DNA of 64,000 nt from a virus. Where the stretch lies: IMG/VR virus record IMGVR_UViG_3300022540_000472, positions 18,978 through 82,977 of that record; one strand, 5' to 3'. Below, in pieces: positions 9,662 through 18,682 of this stretch. The notes beneath the pieces were generated by a model that had not been told where the DNA came from, made no database searches, and saw only the letters and a list, made by a program, of their open reading frames with translations. A program made the translations under genes and the position numbers. Each line of letters opens with the position of its first letter. The stretch's first letter is position 1.

Positions 9662-9797
9662 TTGATTGCCTCCTTCAATTCATACCCTAATATTTATGAG
9701 GGTTTGCAGAAAATCTGAGGTTTAGTAATACTTTAACCACACAATTTCAGTGGGATATTATTTTGACCCATAAAAATATAATGAAACATAAATACGA

Positions 9798-10106
9798 GTG
9801 TCGGTATTAAATATTGGAGTTAATTATATGTTACAACTTGGTGGCAAAGGACCTAATTGTTCAAATTGTGTAGACCATTGGGGCTTTGGTTTCTTTTGCA
9901 TTGTTTTCATCGGACTCACGATTGGGTGGGTAGGTTTGCGATTCGTTGAAACTCCTCCATCTGTTATGCTGTTAACTCAAACTCGTATCCACTCTGAACA
10001 AACATCCGAAATCATACAACGCCTCGATACAGTCGAACAGTTGCTATTAGAACTCAAAGGTGATGTTCATAAAATTAAAAAAGAAATCGTTAGAACAACA
10101 AATTAA
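9798..10106 (+). CDS. Single-TM membrane protein with coiled-coil tail
   Basis: Hydrophobic FGFFCIVFIGLTIGWVGL then heptads; true start may be ATG 9828 behind GGAG. Confidence 0.65.
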   Translation: MSVLNIGVNYMLQLGGKGPNCSNCVDHWGFGFFCIVFIGLTIGWVGLRFVETPPSVMLLTQTRIHSEQTSEIIQRLDTVEQLLLELKGDVHKIKKEIVRTTN

Positions 10107-10118
10107 AGGGATAATATA

Positions 10119-10490
10119 ATGCAAGGACTACTTTCTTTACTACCATTTATTTTTTGCTTTTGGACAGGAATTCTAATTGCTTGGGGTGCTTTCACTGGAT
10201 ATAAAAATGCAACAATTGTACACAATGTATTATCATCAGGAAGAAAAGCAAGACGTTCAGATTTGATTCAGTTGTCAGTAATAACGATTGCTACTTCCTT
10301 ACTAATTACAGCATTATTCATACTACCACAATTCGTTGCTTACCATTTGGACACCATTCTCTTCCTTGAGATTTGGTATTCATTATTCTTGCTTTATATA
10401 ACAGAACATTCTTTCTATGTTGCTAATTCATTCAAAAAGAATACTACCTCACACGAAGCAATTACACATTTCCATCCAAAAATTAACTAG
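10119..10490 (+). CDS. Multi-TM (about 3) membrane protein
   Basis: Three hydrophobic stretches in 123 aa. Confidence 0.65.
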   Translation: MQGLLSLLPFIFCFWTGILIAWGAFTGYKNATIVHNVLSSGRKARRSDLIQLSVITIATSLLITALFILPQFVAYHLDTILFLEIWYSLFLLYITEHSFYVANSFKKNTTSHEAITHFHPKIN

Positions 10491-10977
10491 CAAGACCATA
10501 CTTGTTTAATTCCAACACAAGTTCAAATTCCCACTTCGATAATTCGTGAGTGACAGCAATTCCTTGATACGGTTCAAGCTCAATAGTTCCACTCTCTTTA
10601 ATTTTTTCAATGACTTCCTCTTTTTTACGGAAGGGAAGCGAACGAATATAAGCAGATGATTCATAAATCTTTTCTGGTAGAATAATACCAACACATGTCA
10701 GAGCACCATCAAGCGCATCTTGTCCTTCATGGAATTCTGCAAATGGATATGGATTTTTTGCATCTTTAAAGAAATCTGAAAGCTTCCGAAGGGTTTCACT
10801 ATACCCACCATTCAACAAAATCATAGTTTTGTGATTTTCTGCCCAATCATCAAGCATCTTTGGTCTGTGTGAACTATCAAATTTACTATCAATAAACATT
10901 TCTGCAATTGTATGTGCACTTTGAATACCCTGTTGAATGCTTGACAAATACATGTTTCCAAACCCATAATATCTCAT
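10483..10977 (-). CDS. Putative peptidyl-tRNA hydrolase II (Pth2)-like protein
   Basis: NMYLSSIQQGIQSAH...W..NHKTMILLNGG resembles the Pth2 pattern (xQxxHA ... W...K.V.L); divergent. Confidence 0.5.
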   Translation of the reverse strand: MRYYGFGNMYLSSIQQGIQSAHTIAEMFIDSKFDSSHRPKMLDDWAENHKTMILLNGGYSETLRKLSDFFKDAKNPYPFAEFHEGQDALDGALTCVGIILPEKIYESSAYIRSLPFRKKEEVIEKIKESGTIELEPYQGIAVTHELSKWEFELVLELNKYGLAS

Positions 10978-10998
10978 TTTATACCCTCTCTTTCTAAG

Positions 10999-11027
10999 TT
11001 GACTAAATAGTACGTTTGGTGTATATT
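10999..11027 (+). promoter_or_regulatory. sigma70 promoter overlapping a late-type CTAAATA
   Basis: TTGACT-N17-TATATT; CTAAATA at 11003-11009. Confidence 0.65.
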
Positions 11028-11091
11028 ATACACTATATCAAAACAGAATTCTACGCCGTAGGGCACAAATATGAATTAGGGTAAGAAAATA

Positions 11092-11862
11092 ATGAAAAAG
11101 ATTATATCAATAGTGAGCGTTATGCTATTGTCAGGACTATTTGCAACTTCTGTATTTGCTGGCGATAAGTCAATAATGTTCGAATTTGGATTTGGATTTG
11201 GAGATTCTGGAAAGACTTCATATTCAAAAGCTGAACGCAAAAAATTAGATTTAACAAAATGTAGAACCCGAAATTCAGGTCGTATGACGTATTTGGGTCT
11301 TCGTTTACGTTCTGACGATGTTGAGTTACATGGTGCCAAATGGTGGCACGATACCGAAATTGCAAATTGTGACCGTGATAATTACGCAATTGGTCTTGGT
11401 TACGTAATTGATACAGAAGATGAGGGTACACAAGGGAATGACAAATATCACGTATCTTGGACTCCTGGTCTTGCGTATATTGGTAACACAAACTGGCGCA
11501 TGACTGATAATTGGGCAATGTTTAATCGTCTTGCTGTTGGCGGTGAAGTAGCTACTAATTTGGATATTGAACTTGCTGTTAATCGTTATGGTAGCTTATA
11601 TAGTAACCATGGTGAAACATTTGGTACAGTTGCTATTCGGTTGAATGACCGTGTCAATAATGATCCAGTTCAACCTACAACTACTCCAGTAGATCCACCA
11701 TGTGATGATTGTGGTCCTGTTGATCCACCAGTTGATCCACCAGTTGATCCACCAGTTGATCCACCATGCAGTGATTGTGGTGAAGAAGAGGAAGAGGACG
11801 ATAAACCAGGTTGGGGATATGGTACAACGGGACATACAGGACCACCAGGACGAGACAGATAA
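11092..11862 (+). CDS. Secreted outer-membrane beta-barrel protein (PagL-like fold) with Pro-rich C-terminal extension
   Basis: Signal peptide (MKK...VFA); alternating amphipathic strands; FNRLAVGG...NRYGSLYSNHGETFGTV aligns by eye to the PagL C-terminus; PVDP repeats. Confidence 0.55.
   Translation: MKKIISIVSVMLLSGLFATSVFAGDKSIMFEFGFGFGDSGKTSYSKAERKKLDLTKCRTRNSGRMTYLGLRLRSDDVELHGAKWWHDTEIANCDRDNYAIGLGYVIDTEDEGTQGNDKYHVSWTPGLAYIGNTNWRMTDNWAMFNRLAVGGEVATNLDIELAVNRYGSLYSNHGETFGTVAIRLNDRVNNDPVQPTTTPVDPPCDDCGPVDPPVDPPVDPPVDPPCSDCGEEEEEDDKPGWGYGTTGHTGPPGRDR
11719..11766 (+). repeat. 12-bp tandem repeat x4 (GTTGATCCACCA, encodes VDPP)
   Basis: Four exact copies, flanked by two DPPCxDCG-coding segments. 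Confidence 0.95.
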
Positions 11863-11942
11863 CCCTGTTGTAATTTAACCCAAAGTAAGATATAATAGCC
11901 GTATAATTAATTTTGTACGGCTATTTTTTTTGGAGAATAAAA

Positions 11943-12737
11943 ATGAAATCTGATAATCTGGGAGACAGGATGAAGGGATACGAATCTGTATCCAAAACAA
12001 AACTACTTAATCGTACTCCTGTTCTAATTCGTATTGATGGTAAAGCATTTCACACTTGGACGAAAGTATTACCAAGTGTAGATGAGAGTCTACAAAATGA
12101 CCCATTCAGTGAAGTCATGCATAAATGTATGGTTGCTACAACACAACAGCTTGTTGAGAATACACAAAATGCTGTTATAGGTTATACACAATCTGACGAA
12201 ATTACAATTCTATTAAATGATTGGAAAACATTAACTACTGACCAGTGGTTTGGCAACAGTGTCCAAAAGATGGCATCTGTTTCTGCAAGTATGGCAACTG
12301 CTTATTTCAATCGTGCTTGGGAACGCATGTTCTGGAGTGACAAAATCCCCCCTGCGTTATTTGATGCGCGCGTGTTTAATATTCCCAAAGAGGAGGTGAC
12401 TAACAATTTCATCTGGCGTCAACAAGACGCAACGCGCAATTCAATTAACATGTATGCTCGTCACTTTTTCTCGCATAAAGAAATGCAAGGCAAGAGTACG
12501 AGTGAAGTTCAAGATATGTTAATGCTTAAAAAAGGTGTTAACTGGAATGACTTGGAAACTTGGAAACGACGTGGCACTTGTGTGACACGTGGTGGACACT
12601 ATGAATTAAAAGGTGGCCCTAACGAAAAATGGATTGCCAATGCACCACATAGTACCATTATCATAAACGAAGAAATTCCTATTTTTACAAAGGATAGAGA
12701 ATATATTGAACAGTTCTTGGTTACAGATGAAGAATGA
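11943..12737 (+). CDS. thg1: tRNA(His) guanylyltransferase Thg1-like protein
   Basis: GDRMKGYE; IRIDGKAFH; YTQSDEITILL; QKMASVSAS; FDAR; WRQQDATRNS; start behind GGAG at 11943. Confidence 0.95.
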   Translation: MKSDNLGDRMKGYESVSKTKLLNRTPVLIRIDGKAFHTWTKVLPSVDESLQNDPFSEVMHKCMVATTQQLVENTQNAVIGYTQSDEITILLNDWKTLTTDQWFGNSVQKMASVSASMATAYFNRAWERMFWSDKIPPALFDARVFNIPKEEVTNNFIWRQQDATRNSINMYARHFFSHKEMQGKSTSEVQDMLMLKKGVNWNDLETWKRRGTCVTRGGHYELKGGPNEKWIANAPHSTIIINEEIPIFTKDREYIEQFLVTDEE

Positions 12738-13042
12738 GAAATGTAATTGAACATTTTGAAGGATATGTCCTCGAAGTAAAAGATGAAACTTTTTGGGGAC
12801 GATATGTTGATATTGCTGGGCAAGAAGAACAAGCCGAATTCATAACAGATAAAGTACTCTTTACCGATGAAGATAAAGAGTTTCTTCAAGAAGGTGCTTA
12901 CTTTGATGTAATCTTTTATAATGACGAAAGCATGGAGTTCAAGTTTATCAAAGAATATTGGACCCAAGAACAAATTGATGCCGCTCATAAAGAGGCAGTA
13001 AAATTAGTTAAATTTTTTAAGGGGCTACCACAAGATGTTTGA
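12734..13042 (+). CDS. Hypothetical protein
   Basis: Coupled ORF in a dense array. Confidence 0.7.
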   Translation: MRNVIEHFEGYVLEVKDETFWGRYVDIAGQEEQAEFITDKVLFTDEDKEFLQEGAYFDVIFYNDESMEFKFIKEYWTQEQIDAAHKEAVKLVKFFKGLPQDV

Positions 13043-13241
13043 TGTATATATTTGGCATTATCAACCTTATAAGTTGAGTACATTCTCTACACTTAGTTTA
13101 GCAGAACAGACTAGAGAAAAAATACTTGAAATCAATCCAGAACAGAAAGTATGGATTGACCCAGTTTGGGGACAAGATTCTATTGAAGCTGCTGTACGAA
13201 AATACGAATCAATAAAGAGGAGGGGGTCCAATGAATCCTAA
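13035..13241 (+). CDS. Hypothetical protein
   Basis: Coupled ORF in a dense array. Confidence 0.65.
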   Translation: MFDVYIWHYQPYKLSTFSTLSLAEQTREKILEINPEQKVWIDPVWGQDSIEAAVRKYESIKRRGSNES

Positions 13242-13563
13242 TTTAGAAACAATAATTCGTGACATAATGAATATGACACGTGAAAACGAAACTCTGCCAG
13301 ATTGGGCTCTTGGTCTAAAACTCGGGGAAGAGACTGGTGAAGTTTGTGAAGAACTTATGAAAGCAAATGGCTTCTCGCGACACAAAGAACCTGGTGAAGG
13401 TGTAATTTATGAAGTTGCTGACGTTATAAACGTTTGTATTGGACTATTGACACAGCATTATAATGATTTCTCAGTGGATGAAATTATGACACAGCTAGAA
13501 GAAGCGTTGTGTAAAAAAAGTGCAAAATATAAACGTGTATTGGATGAAGGCGCTAATGGATAA
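13231..13563 (+). CDS. mazG: MazG-like nucleotide pyrophosphohydrolase (copy 2)
   Basis: LKLGEETGEVCEEL...YEVADVINVC: EExxE...ExxD motif. Confidence 0.75.
   Translation: MNPNLETIIRDIMNMTRENETLPDWALGLKLGEETGEVCEELMKANGFSRHKEPGEGVIYEVADVINVCIGLLTQHYNDFSVDEIMTQLEEALCKKSAKYKRVLDEGANG
13539..13559 (+). repeat. 21-bp direct repeat, copy 1 (ATTGGATGAAGGCGCTAATGG)
   Basis: Exact match to 13990-14010; contains an RBS-like AAGG and the next ATG. Confidence 0.95.
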
Positions 13564-14014
13564 GAATTATGGTCCCAAAGGTTTTGAAAAAGCATGGGTA
13601 AAGTTACTCAATGGTTTTAATGAGACAAAAATATTTTTTACTCATAACAAGTCTGAGACAGTAATTAAGTATATCCACAATGATAAACTATTCGGCATAG
13701 AAATGTACCGATGCCAATTTGAAATTGATCAGTGGCTTAACCATTTTCAAAACTACCTAGATACAGGAATATTTGATACTAATGCTTACTGGGTTGAATA
13801 TACTTCTATCAATAAAGATGGAGAAATTATTAGTACATATTCAACTGAAATTAATACTATTCCAATGGTGCTTAAAAATAAAATTTGGAGTGTCCATAGT
13901 CCAGAAATGAATAAGTTCATGGATGATGAGCGCGAGACAAAAGGTGATATCGGATTTAAGCAAGTTCCTCGTCCAGTTACTGGAGAAGAATTGGATGAAG
14001 GCGCTAATGGGTAG
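13556..14014 (+). CDS. Hypothetical protein bounded by direct repeats
   Basis: Start MDKNY inside repeat copy 1; ends LDEGANG like the upstream gene. Confidence 0.7.
   Translation: MDKNYGPKGFEKAWVKLLNGFNETKIFFTHNKSETVIKYIHNDKLFGIEMYRCQFEIDQWLNHFQNYLDTGIFDTNAYWVEYTSINKDGEIISTYSTEINTIPMVLKNKIWSVHSPEMNKFMDDERETKGDIGFKQVPRPVTGEELDEGANG
13990..14010 (+). repeat. 21-bp direct repeat, copy 2
   Basis: Exact match to 13539-13559. Confidence 0.95.
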
Positions 14015-14228
14015 TATAACGATACAAGCATTTCTGGAAAAGAACAACAATCAAAGATATGGGTGTTCCGTGTGCGAATTCTGTGGCGAAGTTGCTTGTT
14101 ATGTTAATATATTTGAAGCGGAGTTAGGGCATGGTTGCGATGAACAGAATATTGTTTGGCGCGATGCCGCAACATTTGTTGATATTCCAATTGAGGAATT
14201 AAAATTAATGGTGAAAAATAATGAATGA
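14007..14228 (+). CDS. Small Cys-rich hypothetical protein
   Basis: Start MGSIT inside repeat copy 2; CSVCEFC. Confidence 0.65.
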   Translation: MGSITIQAFLEKNNNQRYGCSVCEFCGEVACYVNIFEAELGHGCDEQNIVWRDAATFVDIPIEELKLMVKNNE

Positions 14229-14484
14229 TTGCTACGAAGAAGTTTTGAAATATTGTTCCGATGAATTTAATTATATTGTATTCAGAGGAATAGAAGATCA
14301 ATACGCTCTTGAGTTTTGGACATTAGAAAAAACCGAAGATGATGCAGCTTCTCGTGTTAGTAGAGAAACAGACGCTTATAATGATGAAGAATATCAATTT
14401 TTCTACAAAAAACTTATTAGAGTTGAAGATGGACCTTGGCATCACAGACCAACAATAGAAATAGTAACAAAGGTAGATTGGTAA
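14221..14484 (+). CDS. Hypothetical protein
   Basis: Coupled ORF. Confidence 0.65.
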   Translation: MNDCYEEVLKYCSDEFNYIVFRGIEDQYALEFWTLEKTEDDAASRVSRETDAYNDEEYQFFYKKLIRVEDGPWHHRPTIEIVTKVDW

Positions 14485-14675
14485 TGGATAATACACAAAA
14501 AACTTACGTATATGATGGAATTGAAGTAGTGTTAACTGGTCGCAAGGCTCAGAAACAACTACGTAGTAAGAAAACAGATGAAGTTGTTGAGATTGAGCAG
14601 GCTGATAAAGAATCTGCTTCGTTTAAGAAGTGGGTTCGTATGAAAGAACTTTTTGAAATAGTAGGAGATGAATAA
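14484..14675 (+). CDS. Hypothetical protein
   Basis: TAATG coupling; start MDNTQK. Confidence 0.65.
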   Translation: MDNTQKTYVYDGIEVVLTGRKAQKQLRSKKTDEVVEIEQADKESASFKKWVRMKELFEIVGDE

Positions 14676-14863
14676 TGGCAAAGATTCAAATAACATTAAA
14701 AGATCCAGATGGTGTTTGGGATGGTGTTACAAGCTACGGTTATGATATGAATGAACTTCCCGATGATGTTGATGCAGTGTTTAGTAAGTTTGTTGAGTGG
14801 AAAGAATATGTCACTATTGAACTTGATACAGAAACTGGTGAAGCGAGAGTTGTTCCTGTATAA
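14675..14863 (+). CDS. Hypothetical protein
   Basis: TAATG coupling, GGAG RBS. Confidence 0.7.
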   Translation: MAKIQITLKDPDGVWDGVTSYGYDMNELPDDVDAVFSKFVEWKEYVTIELDTETGEARVVPV

Positions 14864-15075
14864 TGAAATTGTCAACGATTATAAAGCATGTAGTACCACC
14901 AACTTGGGCCATCTCTTGTATTGTCGGTGGTATGCATTTGCTTGAGTGGTTAATTCTTGTAGAGCCACGATGGACATTAATATTAATGCCTCTAGTCTTT
15001 ATCGTGTGGATAGGTACGATGTTTTTAGGACATCACATAATAGGAAAGGTATACAAATATTTTTATGGAAATTAA
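14863..15075 (+). CDS. Small two-TM membrane protein
   Basis: Two hydrophobic segments. Confidence 0.6.
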   Translation: MKLSTIIKHVVPPTWAISCIVGGMHLLEWLILVEPRWTLILMPLVFIVWIGTMFLGHHIIGKVYKYFYGN

Positions 15076-15532
15076 ATTAGGTAATGAATATCCTGCAGGC
15101 ACTTTATCAAACCTTGCGGCTCATAAATTCACCTTTCGTGGTGTCGAGTGCAATAGTATGGAAGGATTACTACAAGGATTAAAATTTAAAGGCGTTGAAA
15201 TGCAACGAGAGATTTGTACGCTTACTGGAACTCACGCAAAGAAGTCTGGTGCCAGAAAGAATTGGCAACAGACACAAACTCTTTGGTGGGATGGAGAACC
15301 TATCAAACGCAAATCAGATGAATACCAAGAATTGTTAGATGAAGCATACGATTGTTTGTTTCGTCAAAACGAAAAAGCTCGTACGGCTTTACTTGCAACA
15401 AACAAAGCCGTGTTGAAACATTCAATTGGTCGTCGTAAAGCGAATGAAACTGTTTTAACACAACAAGAGTTTTGTTCTCGTTTAACGAAGATGCGTGAAT
15501 TAATTAAATCAGAAGAATTTTTGGAGTTTTAA
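15065..15532 (+). CDS. NADAR-superfamily protein (T4 gp30.3-like)
   Basis: LSNLAAHKF..EGLLQGLKFK..QREICTL.G...TLWW.G...ALLAT...LKHS...T.LT..EF matches T4 gp30.3 as recalled. Confidence 0.85.
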   Translation: MEIKLGNEYPAGTLSNLAAHKFTFRGVECNSMEGLLQGLKFKGVEMQREICTLTGTHAKKSGARKNWQQTQTLWWDGEPIKRKSDEYQELLDEAYDCLFRQNEKARTALLATNKAVLKHSIGRRKANETVLTQQEFCSRLTKMRELIKSEEFLEF

Positions 15533-15533
15533 T

Positions 15534-15764
15534 ATGACAAAGACAATATCAAAAAATGAACTGCTAGAAATGCTCAATAATATTATCCCTGATGGTGCAC
15601 GTATTGCTGCAACAAGTTCTTTGGGTGGTGGAATACATGAAGTCGACGAAGACAATTTAAGATTCACGATAGCACCAATAGACGATGTATATGATGTATG
15701 CGATGAAGATGATATCGATGAAGATGAGTTGTCTGATACTACTCATTTAATAATGGGGGTATGA
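15534..15764 (+). CDS. Small acidic hypothetical protein
   Basis: D/E-rich ORF in a coupled array. Confidence 0.65.
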   Translation: MTKTISKNELLEMLNNIIPDGARIAATSSLGGGIHEVDEDNLRFTIAPIDDVYDVCDEDDIDEDELSDTTHLIMGV

Positions 15765-16000
15765 TGATGGATGAACTACACGCAACTATTTTTGTACGGG
15801 CTTTGTTTCCTCTCCTTCAAGAAAATGAAGGAGTTGCTGTTCACTTTGAAGGTAAGGGATATCTTGTATGTAAAACTGCTAACCCTGAACTAGATGGAGA
15901 TAACGAAGTTCGTGTCAGATTAATTGAAGATGATGATATGTTAAACTACCCAGATTTGCAATTAATGTGGTTGCACGATGAACCCGTAGGAAATGCATAG
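15761..16000 (+). CDS. Hypothetical protein
   Basis: ATGA overlap. Confidence 0.65.
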   Translation: MMMDELHATIFVRALFPLLQENEGVAVHFEGKGYLVCKTANPELDGDNEVRVRLIEDDDMLNYPDLQLMWLHDEPVGNA

Positions 16001-16008
16001 GACATAAA

Positions 16009-16488
16009 ATGAAAGTAATTAAAGCACCGAACGATTTTAGAGGTCAAACTGATATGTCAATCTTCCTTGCTGGCTCCATTGAAATGGGAAAGGCTTGGAA
16101 TTGGCAACAGTACGTTGAAGATACATTAGCTGATGAAGATATTGTACTGTTTAATCCTCGTCGGGATGATTGGGATTCATCTTGGGAACAAACAATTGAA
16201 AATGAAAACTTTGTAGAACAAGTCACGTGGGAATTAGATGCACTATCAGCAGCCGATATTATTCTTATGTATTTTGATCCGAATACAGTATCTCCTATTT
16301 CACTTCTTGAACTTGGACGATTCTCAGCAACTGGTCAAATGATGGTTGTGTGTCCGGAAGATTATTTTAGACGAGGTAACGTTGAAATATTTTGTAAACG
16401 ATATGGTGTATGGTTTAGTGATTCACTAGACGATGCTGTAAGAAAGGTCGTTGATTTTAAAAACGCGTTTAATAAGAGGAACAAATAA
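16009..16488 (+). CDS. Nucleoside 2-deoxyribosyltransferase-like protein
   Basis: IFLAGSI...WQ...LFNPRRDDW...QVTWELDALSAAD.I.MYF...SPISLLELG. Confidence 0.85.
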   Translation: MKVIKAPNDFRGQTDMSIFLAGSIEMGKAWNWQQYVEDTLADEDIVLFNPRRDDWDSSWEQTIENENFVEQVTWELDALSAADIILMYFDPNTVSPISLLELGRFSATGQMMVVCPEDYFRRGNVEIFCKRYGVWFSDSLDDAVRKVVDFKNAFNKRNK

Positions 16489-17792
16489 TGGCTATTGTAG
16501 TACCTGAAAAAATATATATTGGTTATCAAGAACGTACTTGGGATGAAGATAAACCAATCAAACTTGGCTTTGCTACTTATCTTGAAGACAATAAAGCGTT
16601 TGAAAAAAGAAAAGTTACGATCGAAGGTTGGTCTCAGCCATATACTGAAGAACAAATTAAAGAAGGTGATGCTGATTGGAACCCAGATAAGAATAGCTGG
16701 TGGCAGAAAAGAAAGATTGAACGTCCAGATTTAGTATCAGAAATTCTTGACAATGATGCACGCTCTGGATTCAAACTTTCTCGTGAAGTTCGTCGTAGTA
16801 GTGGTTGGGGTGGTGGTAACGTCCTTTGGCGTATTGAAGACCCTCGTGGATTCGAATTAGAGATATCTTCTGCTAATATGGCAAGCATTTTAGATTGTGT
16901 AACAATGATTAATGGTGAAATACAAACGCCTTGTCGTTGGGGCTGGAATAAAACTGGTGGCAGTCGTGTTGTACTTCTTCCAAAAGATTCAGAGCCGTAT
17001 AAAGAAGCATTGAACGATACTGAAATACATAATAGTACTGTTAAATGGAAAGACGTAAATATTGGCGATGAAGTAAAATTAAAGAATGGAACTGTTGGTA
17101 CGTATCTTGGTTATCATCATTATGTTAGTACAAAATGGTGTGAGGTAAGTGAAAGAGCACATCATAGCCAAACAGTGAAAGAGTGGCAGAAGAGTAGCAG
17201 ACGAACTCACTTCTTTAAATTAACAGATACTAGTAAAGTATATATAATGTCTTCTCCAAAAGTCGCTATTATTTCTAAACCTATTGAAACAGCATTAACG
17301 CCAGAACAAGGTGCTAAAATGATTAATGAAGCATTACAAGCATATGCCGTAATTGAAAGTGCATCATATAATAGTGACATTATATTTGTTTCACCTAACG
17401 TAATTAAGGATACGGAATATCATATAACATTTGAGCCATTATCATATGAACTATTTGAACAGTATGCAAAAAATCCTGACGATTATGATGCTCCGACAAT
17501 TAGCAGACACAAAAATGTTATGCTAACCTTTCAAGACCAGAAAACATTTATCGTGAAATGGGTACGTAATGATGACAATATACAAATTGAACAAATAGAT
17601 AGAACCAAATTACAGACTGGACGATTTGAAAGTGTAATGATTGATAGTGAACCAAATGGATTTAGAATGTGGGGATATTCAAATTATAAGACAACAAACA
17701 CAATGACAATACCCGTTGAAATCGTTAAACCAGATGAAATAAATACAATAATGATGAAGTTTGAAGATGAACTTTATCCTGTTAGACTTTAG
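16488..17792 (+). CDS. Hypothetical protein (434 aa)
   Basis: Long coupled ORF; no motif I can assign. Confidence 0.8.
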   Translation: MAIVVPEKIYIGYQERTWDEDKPIKLGFATYLEDNKAFEKRKVTIEGWSQPYTEEQIKEGDADWNPDKNSWWQKRKIERPDLVSEILDNDARSGFKLSREVRRSSGWGGGNVLWRIEDPRGFELEISSANMASILDCVTMINGEIQTPCRWGWNKTGGSRVVLLPKDSEPYKEALNDTEIHNSTVKWKDVNIGDEVKLKNGTVGTYLGYHHYVSTKWCEVSERAHHSQTVKEWQKSSRRTHFFKLTDTSKVYIMSSPKVAIISKPIETALTPEQGAKMINEALQAYAVIESASYNSDIIFVSPNVIKDTEYHITFEPLSYELFEQYAKNPDDYDAPTISRHKNVMLTFQDQKTFIVKWVRNDDNIQIEQIDRTKLQTGRFESVMIDSEPNGFRMWGYSNYKTTNTMTIPVEIVKPDEINTIMMKFEDELYPVRL

Positions 17793-17800
17793 AGGAATAT

Positions 17801-18682
17801 ATGAAATATTATCACGATTATACTTATCTTGACCTTGTACAAAAAGTTCTTGAAACTGGTCACCAAAAAGGTGATAGAACAGGAACAGGAACTATAAGCA
17901 CATTTGCTCAACAAATGCGTTTTAATTTAGCAGATGGAACTATTCCAATGCTAACAACAAAGAAAATGTTTACACGTGGAATCATTCACGAAATTCTTTG
18001 GTACCTTAAAGGCGAAACTAATATCCAATATTTGTTAGACAATGATGTACATATTTGGGATGAGTGGGCTGACGAGAATGGTGACCTAGGACCTATATAT
18101 GGTGCACAGTGGAGACGCTGGCCTAGCTATAAATGGCAAAAAGATACTGGTGCATTTCCTAGTGGAGATACAGGTAGTTATGTAAAAAGTGAAATTGATC
18201 AAATTGCAACTGTGATTGACCAACTACGAAATAATCCAAACGATCGTCGTATCATTGTTAACGCTTGGAATGTTGGACAACTTGATGAAATGGCTTTACC
18301 GCCTTGTCATGCTATGTTCCAATTCTGGTCACATGAAGTTGAAGGTTCAGACAAGCGAACACTATCATGTCATCTATATCAACGTTCTTGTGATGTTGGT
18401 CTTGGGGTTCCATTTAACATTGTACAATATAGTATCTTGACTCACATGATTGCTCAAGTGACTGGTCATGTTGCTTCAGAGTTTGTTTGGACTGGTGGTG
18501 ATGTCCATATCTATAACAACCACATCGAAGCATTGAAAGAACAACTTGAAAGAAAACCATATCCATCACCAATGTTAGTACTTAATCCAGATGTAAAAGA
18601 AATTGATGATTTTAATATTGAAGACTTTGAGATTGTTAATTACGAAAGTCATCCAACAATAAAAATGAAGGTTAGTGTATGA
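17801..18682 (+). CDS. thyA: Thymidylate synthase
   Basis: DRTGTGT; [11 protein letters not shown]; GPIYGAQWR; MALPPCH; [14 protein letters not shown]; DVHIYNNH. Confidence 0.98.
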   Translation: MKYYHDYTYLDLVQKVLETGHQKGDRTGTGTISTFAQQMRFNLADGTIPMLTTKKMFTRGIIHEILWYLKGETNIQYLLDNDVHIWDEWADENGDLGPIYGAQWRRWPSYKWQKDTGAFPSGDTGSYVKSEIDQIATVIDQLRNNPNDRRIIVNAWNVGQLDEMALPPCHAMFQFWSHEVEGSDKRTLSCHLYQRSCDVGLGVPFNIVQYSILTHMIAQVTGHVASEFVWTGGDVHIYNNHIEALKEQLERKPYPSPMLVLNPDVKEIDDFNIEDFEIVNYESHPTIKMKVSV

